Positions 49,109 to 59,426 of a stretch of DNA of 64,000 nucleotides are shown piece by piece. A model generated the notes under the pieces. It had not been told where the DNA came from and did not search any database. It was given only the letters and a program-made list of their open reading frames with translations. Each line of letters starts with the position of its first letter. The stretch's first letter is position 1. The DNA lies in the NCBI GenBank assembly GCA_963422375.2, contig OY729428.2, positions 1,600,001 to 1,664,000 of the forward strand, given 5' to 3'. The DNA is from Bryobacterales bacterium (GTDB lineage Bacteria; Acidobacteriota; Terriglobia; Bryobacterales; UBA6623). The translations under genes and the position numbers were made by a program.

Positions 49109-51019
49109 ATGGCTGATCCTGCGGGCCGCAGCATCCCGAACGTCGTCCGGCCGGGCACGGTCAGCGCTCCGGACTTCCCCGCGGGGCTGGACTGGCTCAA
49201 TACCTCGGCGCCGATATCGATCCGCCAGCTGCGGGGCAAGGTCGTGCTGCTGGACTTCTGGACGCACTGCTGCATCAACTGCATGCACGCGCTGGAGGAC
49301 CTCAAGCGTCTCGAGCGCAAGTACCGGGACGAACTTGTCGTGATCGGGGTCCACTCGGCGAAGTTCGACGGCGAGAAGAGCACCGCGAGCGTCCGCCAGG
49401 CGGTTCTGCGCAACGGCATCGAGCATCCCGTGGTCAACGACCGCGAGATGCGCGTGTGGCAGGAATACGCCGTGCGCGCCTGGCCGAGTTTCATCCTGAT
49501 CGACCCGCGCGGGAAGGTTTTCGGCACGCATTCCGGGGAGGGCATCTTCGACCTGTTCGATCGCGTCCTCGTCCAATTGATCCAGCATTACGAGGCGGAA
49601 GGGGACTTGCGCCGCGGGCCCTCGGAGGTGTCGGCCGGGGCGTCGGCCGCCCCTCCGTCGGTTCTCGCGTTCCCGGGGAAGGTGCTGGCCGACTCGGACG
49701 GCCGCAGGCTGTTCATCGCCGATACCAACCACCACCGGATCGTCGTCGCGTCCCTTGACGACCGCTCGGTGCTGGACGTATTCGGAAGCGGGGAGGCTGG
49801 CTTGGCTGACGGTACGCCCGATGCAGCTAGGTTCACCAGTCCTCAGGGCATGGCCTTGGCGGGGCAAACGCTGTTCGTCGCGGACACGGGCAATCATGCC
49901 GTGCGCGCGGTCGATCTCAGCGCGAGGCGCGTGTCAACGGTCGTCGGGGACGGTCGGCAGGACGAAGGGCGCGACGGCTCGCCGGGCCCGCTGGCCGGCC
50001 GGCGGCTCAATTCCCCATGGGACCTCGAGTTCGCGCACGGTGTGCTCTTTGTCGCCATGGCCGGCAGCCACCAGATCTACGGAATCGACATGGAAGGCGG
50101 GTACATCGCGGCCCACGCGGGCGACGGGCGCGAGGACCACACGGACGGGCCGCTGCTGGCTGCGTCCCTCGCGCAGCCGACCGGGCTGACCAGTGACGGG
50201 GAGCATCTGTTCGTCGCCGACAGCGAGGTGAGTTCCGTCCGAGCCGTGTCGCTGGACCCGCGCGGCGGGCACGTGCGGACGGTCGTCGGCAGGGGCCTGT
50301 TCGATTTCGGCGACGTCGACGGGCAGAGCCAGGCGGTCCGGCTGCAGCATCCGATGGGCATCGCGTGGGCGAGTGGCGCACTGCATGTCGCCGACACCTA
50401 CAACCACAAGGTGAAGGCCATCGAGCTGCCGGGGCTGCGGGCTCGCACGATGGCCGGCAGCGGCGAAGCGGGCTTTCGCGACGGTCCGCCGGGCGAGGCG
50501 CGATTCGACGAGCCAGCCGGCCTGACGGCGGCCGATGGCAGCCTGTACGTCGCGGACACCAACAATCACGCGATCCGCGAGGTCGACCTAGCGTCCGGGG
50601 CGGTGTCGAGCTGGACGCTGCGCGAACTGGCCCGGCTCGCGCCGCCGGCGGGCCAGGTTCGCGAGCTGCGGGAGCGGACCGTTCGCGCCGGAGCCCTGCG
50701 CTTGGCGGTGCGGTGCGAGCTGCCGAGCGGCCACGCCTACATGCCCGGAGCCCGGTCGGGCGTCACCGCGCGGGTCGGCGGCCGTGCGTTTCCTGCCGTC
50801 CTGCGAGACGGGACGGCCGTCTTGACCGTCGAGGTCGATTCCGGCTCCGATCTGCAGGTCGAAGCGGTGGTCTACTATTGCGGCCTCGAACGCTCGGGTG
50901 CCTGCCTGATCCATCGCGAGGCTCTTGCCGTGCCGCTGCGCATCGCCCCGCACGGGGCGTCGGACCTCGCGCTGCGGCTCGTCGCCGGCGCGCCCGAGCG
51001 CCAGCGCGGCCGAGGCTAG
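49109..51019 (+). CDS. Thioredoxin-like plus NHL-repeat protein (NHLRC2/SOQ1-like)
   Basis: LDFWTHCCINC, GVHSAKF, repeated ADT.NH / P.G NHL blades. Confidence 0.92.
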   Translation: MADPAGRSIPNVVRPGTVSAPDFPAGLDWLNTSAPISIRQLRGKVVLLDFWTHCCINCMHALEDLKRLERKYRDELVVIGVHSAKFDGEKSTASVRQAVLRNGIEHPVVNDREMRVWQEYAVRAWPSFILIDPRGKVFGTHSGEGIFDLFDRVLVQLIQHYEAEGDLRRGPSEVSAGASAAPPSVLAFPGKVLADSDGRRLFIADTNHHRIVVASLDDRSVLDVFGSGEAGLADGTPDAARFTSPQGMALAGQTLFVADTGNHAVRAVDLSARRVSTVVGDGRQDEGRDGSPGPLAGRRLNSPWDLEFAHGVLFVAMAGSHQIYGIDMEGGYIAAHAGDGREDHTDGPLLAASLAQPTGLTSDGEHLFVADSEVSSVRAVSLDPRGGHVRTVVGRGLFDFGDVDGQSQAVRLQHPMGIAWASGALHVADTYNHKVKAIELPGLRARTMAGSGEAGFRDGPPGEARFDEPAGLTAADGSLYVADTNNHAIREVDLASGAVSSWTLRELARLAPPAGQVRELRERTVRAGALRLAVRCELPSGHAYMPGARSGVTARVGGRAFPAVLRDGTAVLTVEVDSGSDLQVEAVVYYCGLERSGACLIHREALAVPLRIAPHGASDLALRLVAGAPERQRGRG

Positions 51020-51222
51020 CGCTCGTCCGCGGCAACCCGCGTCTCCGGGCGGAACGCGCCGACCGGATCGACTAGCCAGAGCCCCTCGCCGTAGAGGGCT
51101 CTGCACTCGGCCAGCAGCGTCGAGAGCACCGGGGCCAGGCGTTCGACCTCCTCCAGCGGGATTCCGAGGCCCAGCTGTTCGGCGACCGCCGCCAGGTAGG
51201 CAGTCTCACAAGCCCTTGCCAT
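51016..51222 (-). CDS. Small hypothetical protein
   Basis: 68-aa helical ORF MARACETAYL..DPVGAFRP between two genes. Confidence 0.5.
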   Translation of the reverse strand: MARACETAYLAAVAEQLGLGIPLEEVERLAPVLSTLLAECRALYGEGLWLVDPVGAFRPETRVAADER

Positions 51223-51304
51223 GGGGCGCCCCTGCGGTCCCTCGCGCCGAACTGCCGGCGCACGGCAGCATGCTACCATCGTGCGGGTTCCGAACGAGTT
51301 CTCC

Positions 51305-53074
51305 ATGGCGGACGCGCTTACACTCTCGAGTCTCTTCAAGGTTACTGTCGCCCACGGCAAGGCTGCGGCGATCCTCACGAAGGAGTCCGGTTCCTACCAG
51401 CCGATCTCCTCGGCGGAGCTGGAGCGGCGCGTGGTCAACCTTCACCTGGCCCTGCGGAGCGCCGGCCTGGGACACGGCGACAAGGTTGCCCTGCTGTCGG
51501 AGAATCGCTGGGAGTGGGCCGTCGCCGACTTCGCGATGATGACGGCGGGCATCGTCAGCGTGCCGATCTACCCGACCTTACAGGCCGAGCAGGTGCGCTA
51601 CCTGCTGGACCACTCGGACTCCAAGGCGATCTTCTGCTCGACCCTCGATCAGGTCGACAAGATTCTCGAGGTGCGGGACCATCTGCCGGATCTCGGTACC
51701 GTCGTTTCCTTCGATGCGGTCGAGCGCGCGGGCGTGACGGTCCTCGCTACGCTCATCGGGGAGGGCAGTCCCGACGCCGCGGGACGGGCCAGCTTCGACG
51801 AGGCCGCCGATTCCGTGACGCCGGCGGACCTTGCGAGCATCATCTACACGTCGGGCACGACTGGCGTGCCCAAGGGCGTGATGCTGTCCCACAGCAACCT
51901 GTCGACCAATATCCGGGACTCCACGCTCGAGATGGGGCCCGAGGACACCGCTCTATCGTTCCTGCCGCTGTGCCACGTGGCCGAGCGCCTAGCCGACTAC
52001 GTCTACTACAGGTCCGGCGCCACGGTCGCCTACGCCGAGTCGATCGAAGCCGTGCCGGTGAACATGAACGAGGTCCGGCCCACCGTGGCGGTCGGCGTGC
52101 CGCGATTCTTCGAGAAGGTCTACGGCAAGGTCATGGCGGCGATGGCCGCGGCGCCTGCGGTCCGGCGCAAGATCTTCCACTGGGCCGTCGGGGTCGGCAA
52201 GGCGGCCACGCCGTACCGGGTGGCTGGCCAGCCCCTGCCGTTCCCGCTGAGCACCAAGCACGCCTTGGCCGAGAAGCTGGTTTTCCAGAAGCTCCGCGGC
52301 CGGCTCGGGGGGCGGATTCGGATGTTCGTCTCGGGCGCGGCCCCGCTCGCGAGGCACCTCGCGGAGTTCTTCTACGCGCTCGGCCTGCCGATCTACGAGG
52401 GCTACGGCCTGACCGAGACCTCGCCGCTGGTGACCATCAACACCCAGGCGGCCTTCAAGTTCGGGACGGTCGGCAAGCTCATCCCGAACGTCAAGGTCCA
52501 GATCGCCGACGACGGCGAGATCCTAGTCCGCGGCCCCAACATCATGCAGGGCTACTACAAGATGGAGGAGCAGACCAAGGAGGTCATGGACGGCGAGTGG
52601 TTCCGCACCGGCGATATCGGGGAGCTCGACGACGAGGGCTACCTCTCGATCACCGACCGCAAGAAGGACCTGTTCAAGACTTCGGGCGGCAAGTATGTCG
52701 TGCCCGCGCCGATCGAGAACCTGCTCAAGAGCAGTCCGCTGATCGAGACGGCGGTCGTGATCGCGGACCGGCGCAACTTCCCGAGCGCGCTCGTCGTGCC
52801 CGACTTCGCCGCGCTCGGGGCGTGGGCCGAGTCGGCAGGCATCGACTTCGCTGGCAACCGGGACTTGTGCGCCGACCGGAAGGTACGCGAGCGGGTCATG
52901 TCGGAGGTCGAGGGCCTCTGCTCCGACATGGCGAACTACGAGCGGATCAAGAAGGTGGCGCTGCTGCCGACCGAGTTTTCGATCGACGGCGGGGAGCTCA
53001 CGCCCACCATGAAGGTCCGTCGACGCGAGGTGGACAAGAAGTACGCCCGCGAGATCGAGGAGATCTACGCGTAA
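51305..53074 (+). CDS. Long-chain fatty-acid--CoA ligase
   Basis: YTSGTTGVPKG, FLPLCH, EGYGLTET, FRTGDIG, ITDRKKD. Confidence 0.95.
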   Translation: MADALTLSSLFKVTVAHGKAAAILTKESGSYQPISSAELERRVVNLHLALRSAGLGHGDKVALLSENRWEWAVADFAMMTAGIVSVPIYPTLQAEQVRYLLDHSDSKAIFCSTLDQVDKILEVRDHLPDLGTVVSFDAVERAGVTVLATLIGEGSPDAAGRASFDEAADSVTPADLASIIYTSGTTGVPKGVMLSHSNLSTNIRDSTLEMGPEDTALSFLPLCHVAERLADYVYYRSGATVAYAESIEAVPVNMNEVRPTVAVGVPRFFEKVYGKVMAAMAAAPAVRRKIFHWAVGVGKAATPYRVAGQPLPFPLSTKHALAEKLVFQKLRGRLGGRIRMFVSGAAPLARHLAEFFYALGLPIYEGYGLTETSPLVTINTQAAFKFGTVGKLIPNVKVQIADDGEILVRGPNIMQGYYKMEEQTKEVMDGEWFRTGDIGELDDEGYLSITDRKKDLFKTSGGKYVVPAPIENLLKSSPLIETAVVIADRRNFPSALVVPDFAALGAWAESAGIDFAGNRDLCADRKVRERVMSEVEGLCSDMANYERIKKVALLPTEFSIDGGELTPTMKVRRREVDKKYAREIEEIYA

Positions 53075-53114
53075 CGCGGTTCGCCCGCGGCCTGTCCAAC
53101 ACGGAGAGGCACCG

Positions 53115-54410
53115 TTGAGGCCCTTCCGTCATCCGTGGTCGCTTGCCGCGCGGCTGCTCCTGCTGTCGCTCCCGTGCGCTGGGGTCGCGCTTGGCGAGGA
53201 CGCCTTTCCCCTGCGGGAGATCGACTTCGAGGGAAGCCCCAGCTTCGAGGACGGCGATCTGGCGGCCGTCACCGGCTTGGAAATCGGGCAGCCCGTGCGC
53301 AAGCGCGACTTCGACGCCGCGCTGCGGAAGCTCAACGAGACGGGCGTCTTCGAGAGCCTACGCTACCGGTTCGAGCCGCACGGCGACGGCTACCGGCTCA
53401 CGATCGCCGTGCGAGAGGTGCCCGAGCTCTTCCCCGTACGGTTCGACGGCTTCGGCAGTCCTGCGGCGGCGCTCGAGGACTTGCTGCGAGGGAGTCTCCC
53501 TCTGTACACCGGCATCGTCCCCGGCGGCGGACCGATGGTTCGCATGGTGGTCAACGCCCTGCAAGGGTGGTGGCGGGGTCAGGGAGGCGAGGAGGAGGTT
53601 GTCGCCAACATCGTGCCCTCGGGCGCGGGCCGGTTCGAGATGGTCATCGGGCCCGAGCGGCAGACCTTCAACATCGCCTTCGCGCGGTTCAGCAACACCG
53701 GCCAGGTCGACGCGCTGGAACTCCAGCGGACGTTCAACCAGGTTGTAGTCGGCGAGCCGTACTCCGAGGCGCGGCTGCGGGAACTTCTGCACTACAACGC
53801 GAGGCCCCTGTACACCGAGCACGGCTACATGGGCGTACAGTTCTGTCCCTGCGAGGCGTCGCCGGACCCGGACTCGGAGGGGCTGCTGGTCGACGTCCGC
53901 GTGGAGCAGGGCGAGGTCTATCTGTTCGGCGAGATCAACTGGCCGGATCCCTTGCCGGTCGCCCCGGACAGCTTGAAGAAGGTGAACTGGATCGCGTCGG
54001 GCGCGGTCGCCAACATCAAGGCCGCCTACGAGACAATGGCCGCGATCAGCGAGGGCATGAAGAGGCAGGGCTTCATGAAGGCCCAAGCGACCTTCGCGGA
54101 GCGAGTCGACGACGAGCGGCGCCGCGTTGATCTCGACATCCAGATCGCACCCGGCATCCAGTACACGTTTTCCCGTCTGATCATCGAGGGCCTCGACATC
54201 CTCTCCGAGCCGGCCGTGCGCAAGCGCTGGGGGATGCAGTCCGGCGACCTGTTCGACGTGCGTTATCCCGCCTACTTCCTCGACCGGGTCAAGGCGGACG
54301 AGATGTTCGAGAATCTCAAGCGCACCTCATGGAGTGTCGAGACGGATGACACCAAGGGCTTGGTGGACGTAACATTGGAGTTTTCCGGATTGGCCGACCC
54401 GGAGCGCTGA
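53115..54410 (+). CDS. Secreted POTRA-repeat protein lacking a beta-barrel
   Basis: Signal peptide; repeated IxFxG..LxxxG(Y/F)..VxEG POTRA-like units; stops without a barrel. Confidence 0.78.
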   Translation: MRPFRHPWSLAARLLLLSLPCAGVALGEDAFPLREIDFEGSPSFEDGDLAAVTGLEIGQPVRKRDFDAALRKLNETGVFESLRYRFEPHGDGYRLTIAVREVPELFPVRFDGFGSPAAALEDLLRGSLPLYTGIVPGGGPMVRMVVNALQGWWRGQGGEEEVVANIVPSGAGRFEMVIGPERQTFNIAFARFSNTGQVDALELQRTFNQVVVGEPYSEARLRELLHYNARPLYTEHGYMGVQFCPCEASPDPDSEGLLVDVRVEQGEVYLFGEINWPDPLPVAPDSLKKVNWIASGAVANIKAAYETMAAISEGMKRQGFMKAQATFAERVDDERRRVDLDIQIAPGIQYTFSRLIIEGLDILSEPAVRKRWGMQSGDLFDVRYPAYFLDRVKADEMFENLKRTSWSVETDDTKGLVDVTLEFSGLADPER

Positions 54411-54419
54411 ACCGCCGGC

Positions 54420-55364
54420 CTACGCTTGTGCGCGGTACAGCGCGAGACGGTAGACGACAGCGCGGCCGGGCGCGGCCGGGTCGTACAGCACCGTCGCGAG
54501 CTGGCCGCTGCGCAGGTTTGGATTGCGCTCCCGGGCTTTCACGGAGCGGCGCTGGCCGCCGACTTCGTAGCGAACGAGAAACGCGCGCACGCCGCCCTTG
54601 CGCCGGACGTCGGCGGTGAGGCCCCGGACCGCAGCCCCCGAGGTCGCCAGGCGCCTGTGCAGGCGCCTCTGCGCTTCGGCGAAGCCGGCTGCCGCGAGCA
54701 GCAGCCCGCCGGCGAAGAAGACGACCCGCGTCGAGACGGGAGATGTCAACTCGGGCAGGTAGTGGTTGCTCGGATTCTCCCGAAGGTAGACGACCTCGGT
54801 GGAAGTCCCGTCGCGCAGGCTCTTGTAGGCGCCCGGCGGAACGCTCCGGCTGATGCGTACCGGGGCGCCGGATGCGGTAACGAAGCTGTAGCCGATGAAG
54901 TAGAGCTTCCGCTCGCCCTCGAAGTGCCTGATCTCCCGGGAGTGAATCGTCGCCTCCGACCTCAAGCCGACCTGCCGGAGCAGGCGCTCGGACGGCGGGG
55001 GCGGGATCTGCGCGAAGTGCTGGTGGGCGAGCGTTCCGAATGTCGCCAGCGCCAGCATCCAGGCAGAGACCACGGTCTTGCCGCGGGCGGTCATCGCGAC
55101 GCGCCTGGGGGGAGACTCGCGCAGCTCCGGTTCGAGATCGGCCCGGGCGCCCGCCCGCGGCGCGACCGCTTCCGTCGCGGCCCCGTCCGCTTCGGGCCGG
55201 TCCAAGCCGAATCGCAGCGCGAGCGATCCGACCGCTACCATTCCGACGCCCGCCCACAGGACCAAGCCCCCGTCGGGCAGGGAAATGACGATCGCGAAGC
55301 CCCCCGAGACCGCCAGCGAAGCGCCCGCGGCGAGCCACACCTTGCGTGCTGGGCCTGACTTCAT
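54420..55364 (-). CDS. DUF3592-like membrane protein
   Basis: TM segments plus two Y.F...G..VVY..NP / VLYDP..P modules. Confidence 0.7.
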   Translation of the reverse strand: MKSGPARKVWLAAGASLAVSGGFAIVISLPDGGLVLWAGVGMVAVGSLALRFGLDRPEADGAATEAVAPRAGARADLEPELRESPPRRVAMTARGKTVVSAWMLALATFGTLAHQHFAQIPPPPSERLLRQVGLRSEATIHSREIRHFEGERKLYFIGYSFVTASGAPVRISRSVPPGAYKSLRDGTSTEVVYLRENPSNHYLPELTSPVSTRVVFFAGGLLLAAAGFAEAQRRLHRRLATSGAAVRGLTADVRRKGGVRAFLVRYEVGGQRRSVKARERNPNLRSGQLATVLYDPAAPGRAVVYRLALYRAQA

Positions 55365-55441
55365 TGAGCTGACCTCGTTGTAGCACGACTGCCGCGTGCC
55401 TTGGTCGGTCCTCGAGCGTCGCACTATGCTGGAATGAAGCG

Positions 55442-56116
55442 ATGAAGTGCCGCTTGAATGCTCGCGGGCGCGTTCTCGCAGCAGTGCTCGCCGCCCTGTG
55501 GATTCTCTTTCCGGCGACGGGGCAGCAGCGCCCGGACCGGTGGGAGCAGGCGGTCCGGGCCTTCGAGGAAAACGACCGGGCGAGCCGTCCGCCCGAGGGC
55601 GGCATCGTGTTTCTCGGGAGCTCGAGCTTCCGGCGCTGGGATCTGGAGAAGTCCTTTCCGGGCAAGGGCCTGATCAACCGCGGCTTCGGAGGGTCGCAGA
55701 TGGCGGACGCCCTGCGGTACCTCGATCGCATCGTGCTGCCTCTCAAGCCGAGGACGATCTTCCTGTACGAGGGTGACAACGACATCGGAAGCGGCAAGAG
55801 CCCCGAGACGGTCGAGCGCGAGTTCCGCGAGCTCGTCGCAAGGGTCCGGGCGGCACTGCCCGAGACCAGGATCGTATTCGTCGCCATCAAGCCGAGCATC
55901 CGGCGCTGGCACCTGATCGGGCAGGCGCGCGACGCGAACGCTAGGATCCAGTCCCTCGCCGAGGCGGATCCCTTGCTGGAATACATCGACTCGGGCTCGC
56001 CCCTTCTCGGGCCGGACGGCAGGCCCCGTCCCGACCTGTTCGTGGACGACGAGCTGCATCTCAACGATGCCGGTTACGCGATTTGGACGGAGCTGGTGGA
56101 CCCCTACCTCGATTGA
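55442..56116 (+). CDS. SGNH/GDSL hydrolase
   Basis: FLGSSS, NRGFGGS, YEGDND, DELH. Confidence 0.92.
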   Translation: MKCRLNARGRVLAAVLAALWILFPATGQQRPDRWEQAVRAFEENDRASRPPEGGIVFLGSSSFRRWDLEKSFPGKGLINRGFGGSQMADALRYLDRIVLPLKPRTIFLYEGDNDIGSGKSPETVEREFRELVARVRAALPETRIVFVAIKPSIRRWHLIGQARDANARIQSLAEADPLLEYIDSGSPLLGPDGRPRPDLFVDDELHLNDAGYAIWTELVDPYLD

Positions 56117-58548
56117 TGGATTCGGAGCTGTCCCGCAGCGACCGGCCGGAGTATTGCGAAGCGGCGCTTCCCGTGCCGCTCGACAGGCTGTTCACCTACG
56201 AGGTGCCCGCTTTCGCGCGCGGTCTCGTGCAAGTCGGGTGCCGGGTGGTGGCGCCCTTCGGGCGACGCACGGTAGTGGGGGTGGTCCTCGATACGCACTG
56301 CGCCAAGCCGGATCACGAGACGCTGCCGCTCAAGGATCTGCTGGACGAGCGGCCCGCCCTGGGCGCCGATCTCCTCGAGTTGGGCCGGTGGATCGCGCGG
56401 TACTACTGCGCGCCCATCGGCGAAGTCGTCAAGTCGATGATGCCCCTGCGGGGCGAGACGCGTCGCAAGGAGGTTGTCTCGCTCACGCCGGCAGGGCAGG
56501 CCGAGGCCGACGGCCAGTTTCTCTCGATCGGCGTCGCTGCGGAGATCATGGCGTCGTTGCGCCGGCGGCCGCTCACCTGCCGCTACCTGGCGGCCAAGCA
56601 CCCCGGGGGAGCGGAGGCCGTCCGCTGGCTGCGCCAGCGCGGCCTCGTGCGCGTCGAGCGCGTCGTGGAGCGTCGCGATCCCACCTTGGCTCGGGATGTC
56701 GTGCTGACCGTCGAGCTCGGCGATCCCGCCAGCGTCCCCTCCAAGCCGGCAGCCGGGGAGCGCTGGCTGCTCGATTACCTGCGGCACCGGCCCGGTCGGC
56801 ATGACGTCCGCGCGCTCGCGGTGGAACGAAGCGACGCGATCGCGGTGGCCCGCAGCCTGGCGAAGGCCGGCGCGGTGCGCCTGGCGGCCGTGCGGCCCGG
56901 GGCCGCGGCGGTCGGTCGGGCGCCGGGTTTCGAGTTGAACCGTGCCCAGCGCGAGGCGTTCGGCGCTATCTCCGCGGCCGTCAGGGAGCCTCGGTTCGAA
57001 GCCTTTCTGCTGCACGGCGTGACCGGGTCGGGCAAGACCGAGGTGTACCTGCGCGCGATCGCGGAGACTTTGGCCCACGGCCGGTCCGCCCTGCTGATGG
57101 TACCCGAGATCGCGCTGACTCCCGCGCTGGCATCCGCGGTGTTCGGACGCTTCGGCGACCGGGCTGCGGTCCTGCACAGCGCGCTGAGTGACGCCCAGCG
57201 AGCCGACCAGTGGCATCGGATCCAGGCAGGCGAGGCCCGCGTGGTGCTGGGCACGCGGAGCGCGGTGTTCGCGCCCCTCCGGGACCTGGGCCTGGTAATC
57301 GTGGACGAGGAGCACGACGCCAGCTACAAGCAGGCCGACACTCCCCGCTACAACGGCCGGGACGTCGCGCTCGTCCGCGCGCGCCGTTCGAGCGCTCCGG
57401 CCGTGGTCGGATCGGCCACGCCCGGCATCGAGTCGCGCTTCAACGCCGAGACAGGCAAGTACACCCTGCTACGCATGGAGTCGCGGATCATGGAGAGGCC
57501 CCTTCCCGCCGTGCAGAAAGTCGACATGCGGCGCGAATTCGAGGAGACGGGGCGCGGCCTGCTCTTCTCGCGTGCGTTGGTCGCGGCGGTCCGCGCCTGC
57601 ATGGAGAGGGGCGAGCAGTGCATGATCCTGCTCAATCGACGCGGCTACTCGACCCACCTGCTGTGCCGGTCCTGCGGCCAGCGGGCGGAATGCCCGAACT
57701 GCTCGGTGACCCTGACATTCCACAAGCGGGAGAGCTCGCTGCTGTGCCACTACTGCGACCACTCCGCGCCCGTGCCGGAGATGTGCGGCTCGTGCGGCCG
57801 CGAGTTCCTGCAATTCCAAGGAAGCGGCTCGGAGCGGGTCGAGGACGAGCTGGCGCGGCACTTCCCGGACGCCAGCATCGCGAGGCTGGACCGCGACACC
57901 GTTCGCGGTCGCGACTCGTACGAGACGATCCTGGACGGCTTCCGCCGCGGGCATTCCCGCCTGCTGGTGGGAACGCAGATGATCGCCAAGGGGCACGACA
58001 TTCCCAACGTGACGCTGGTCTGCGTCGTGGACGCGGATGTCGGCCTCGGACGGCCGGACTTCCGCGCGGCCGAGCGCTCGTTCCAGTTGCTTACGCAGGT
58101 CGCCGGGCGGGCGGGCCGCGGGGAGAAGCCCGGGCAGGTGCTGATTCAGACGATGAATCCGGATCACTACGCGATCGACTTGGCCGCCACGCAGGACTAC
58201 GAGGCCTTCTATCGGCGCGAGACCGGGTTCCGCAAGGCCCTGTGGTACCCGCCGTTCACCTCCATGGCCACCATCGTGGTGCGCAGCGCGGATCTCTCGG
58301 AGGCGGCCGACCTGAGCCGCGACCTGGCCGAGCACTTGCATTCCCCGCCCGACGGCCTGCGCGTGACGGGCCCGGCGTCCGCTCCGCTAGTCAAGCTGAG
58401 GAAGGACTATCGCTTCCAGTTCCTGATCAAGTCGCTGAGCCGCGCCGCGGTCGCCTCGTTCCTGGCGCGAGCCCTGCGATTCGCGGAGGAGCGGAAATGG
58501 CCTGCCACGGCTCTGGTGATCGACGTCGATCCGGTGGATTTCGCCTAG
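56116..58548 (+). CDS. priA: Primosomal protein N'
   Basis: GVTGSGKT, PEIALT, GTRSA, DEEH, four CxxC, GTQMIAKG, QVAGRAGR, DVDP. Confidence 0.97.
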   Translation: MDSELSRSDRPEYCEAALPVPLDRLFTYEVPAFARGLVQVGCRVVAPFGRRTVVGVVLDTHCAKPDHETLPLKDLLDERPALGADLLELGRWIARYYCAPIGEVVKSMMPLRGETRRKEVVSLTPAGQAEADGQFLSIGVAAEIMASLRRRPLTCRYLAAKHPGGAEAVRWLRQRGLVRVERVVERRDPTLARDVVLTVELGDPASVPSKPAAGERWLLDYLRHRPGRHDVRALAVERSDAIAVARSLAKAGAVRLAAVRPGAAAVGRAPGFELNRAQREAFGAISAAVREPRFEAFLLHGVTGSGKTEVYLRAIAETLAHGRSALLMVPEIALTPALASAVFGRFGDRAAVLHSALSDAQRADQWHRIQAGEARVVLGTRSAVFAPLRDLGLVIVDEEHDASYKQADTPRYNGRDVALVRARRSSAPAVVGSATPGIESRFNAETGKYTLLRMESRIMERPLPAVQKVDMRREFEETGRGLLFSRALVAAVRACMERGEQCMILLNRRGYSTHLLCRSCGQRAECPNCSVTLTFHKRESSLLCHYCDHSAPVPEMCGSCGREFLQFQGSGSERVEDELARHFPDASIARLDRDTVRGRDSYETILDGFRRGHSRLLVGTQMIAKGHDIPNVTLVCVVDADVGLGRPDFRAAERSFQLLTQVAGRAGRGEKPGQVLIQTMNPDHYAIDLAATQDYEAFYRRETGFRKALWYPPFTSMATIVVRSADLSEAADLSRDLAEHLHSPPDGLRVTGPASAPLVKLRKDYRFQFLIKSLSRAAVASFLARALRFAEERKWPATALVIDVDPVDFA

Positions 58549-58589
58549 CCGGGCCGAATCTCGCCCAGTAGCCCCCGCGTCTCTCCCTC

Positions 58590-58915
58590 TAGACAGAGGA
58601 TGTCTGCCCGGATCTCGGCCAGCGTTCCACTGGATTTGGCTTGTGGAGGCACGGCGTGAAACTGATCTCGTAACCAATCTTCACGGTGTCGGGCCGATAC
58701 CACGAGTCCGGTGCGCGGGGGATGACCTCCCGGTTCAAGAAGCCCTTGATGTCACCGTCTCTTGTCGGGGGCACGGTTTCAGTGTCCCGAAGTTCGGAAT
58801 CGGGTTCCCGCTCGACGACTTGGATCTTTTCCCCCACGTGGACTTCGATCAAGCCTCGGATTCGATCAGGATACACTGGCTGGACTTATGGACCTTGGAA
58901 ATAACCGCCTCGCGC
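58590..58915 (-). pseudogene. hsdM: Type I restriction-modification HsdM C-terminal remnant
   Basis: VISKVHK..EPDSELRDTETVP..REVIP..PD.W..KIGYEISFT; frameshifted, and the methyltransferase core is absent. Confidence 0.8.
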
Positions 58916-59426
58916 AGCGCCAAGCCTTGCTCGTCGATGACGATTCGGTCTAGCATCGCTCTTGTTTCGAGCACCTTCTGCTTGGTGTCTTCCAGCCGGA
59001 GTGCCTCATCCAATCAAGTCCCTGTTCCGCAGTCGATTCTCGCGATCGACCGCGACTTCGCTCGAGGGAAGAAGCCGGCCGCCATGTTGCAGGGTGAAGG
59101 ATGACGTCGTCCTGTGGCAGCCTTTCCTCCGTGGGGGGCGCGCCTCGCCGACTCCGTCTCGCAGTTTAGGTGCGGCCGCTGAAGCTGCAGCCAGATCGCG
59201 TGCCCGTCGATCACAGTCCACGCCGGATTGACCTGACCGGGACGGAGGCGGCTCGCCCATCCTGCCATCGCCCGTTTGAGCCTCGCGAGCACAGTTTACG
59301 ACCACGGCGGCCCGTGCGGAGCCTCTGCGAGTTCGCTCTCCATGCGACAAACGCTTCCTGCCCCCATCTCAGCCGGTACCTTGCGCCAGCCGTCAACGAG
59401 ACACATCCCATCCGTCAACTAGTACG

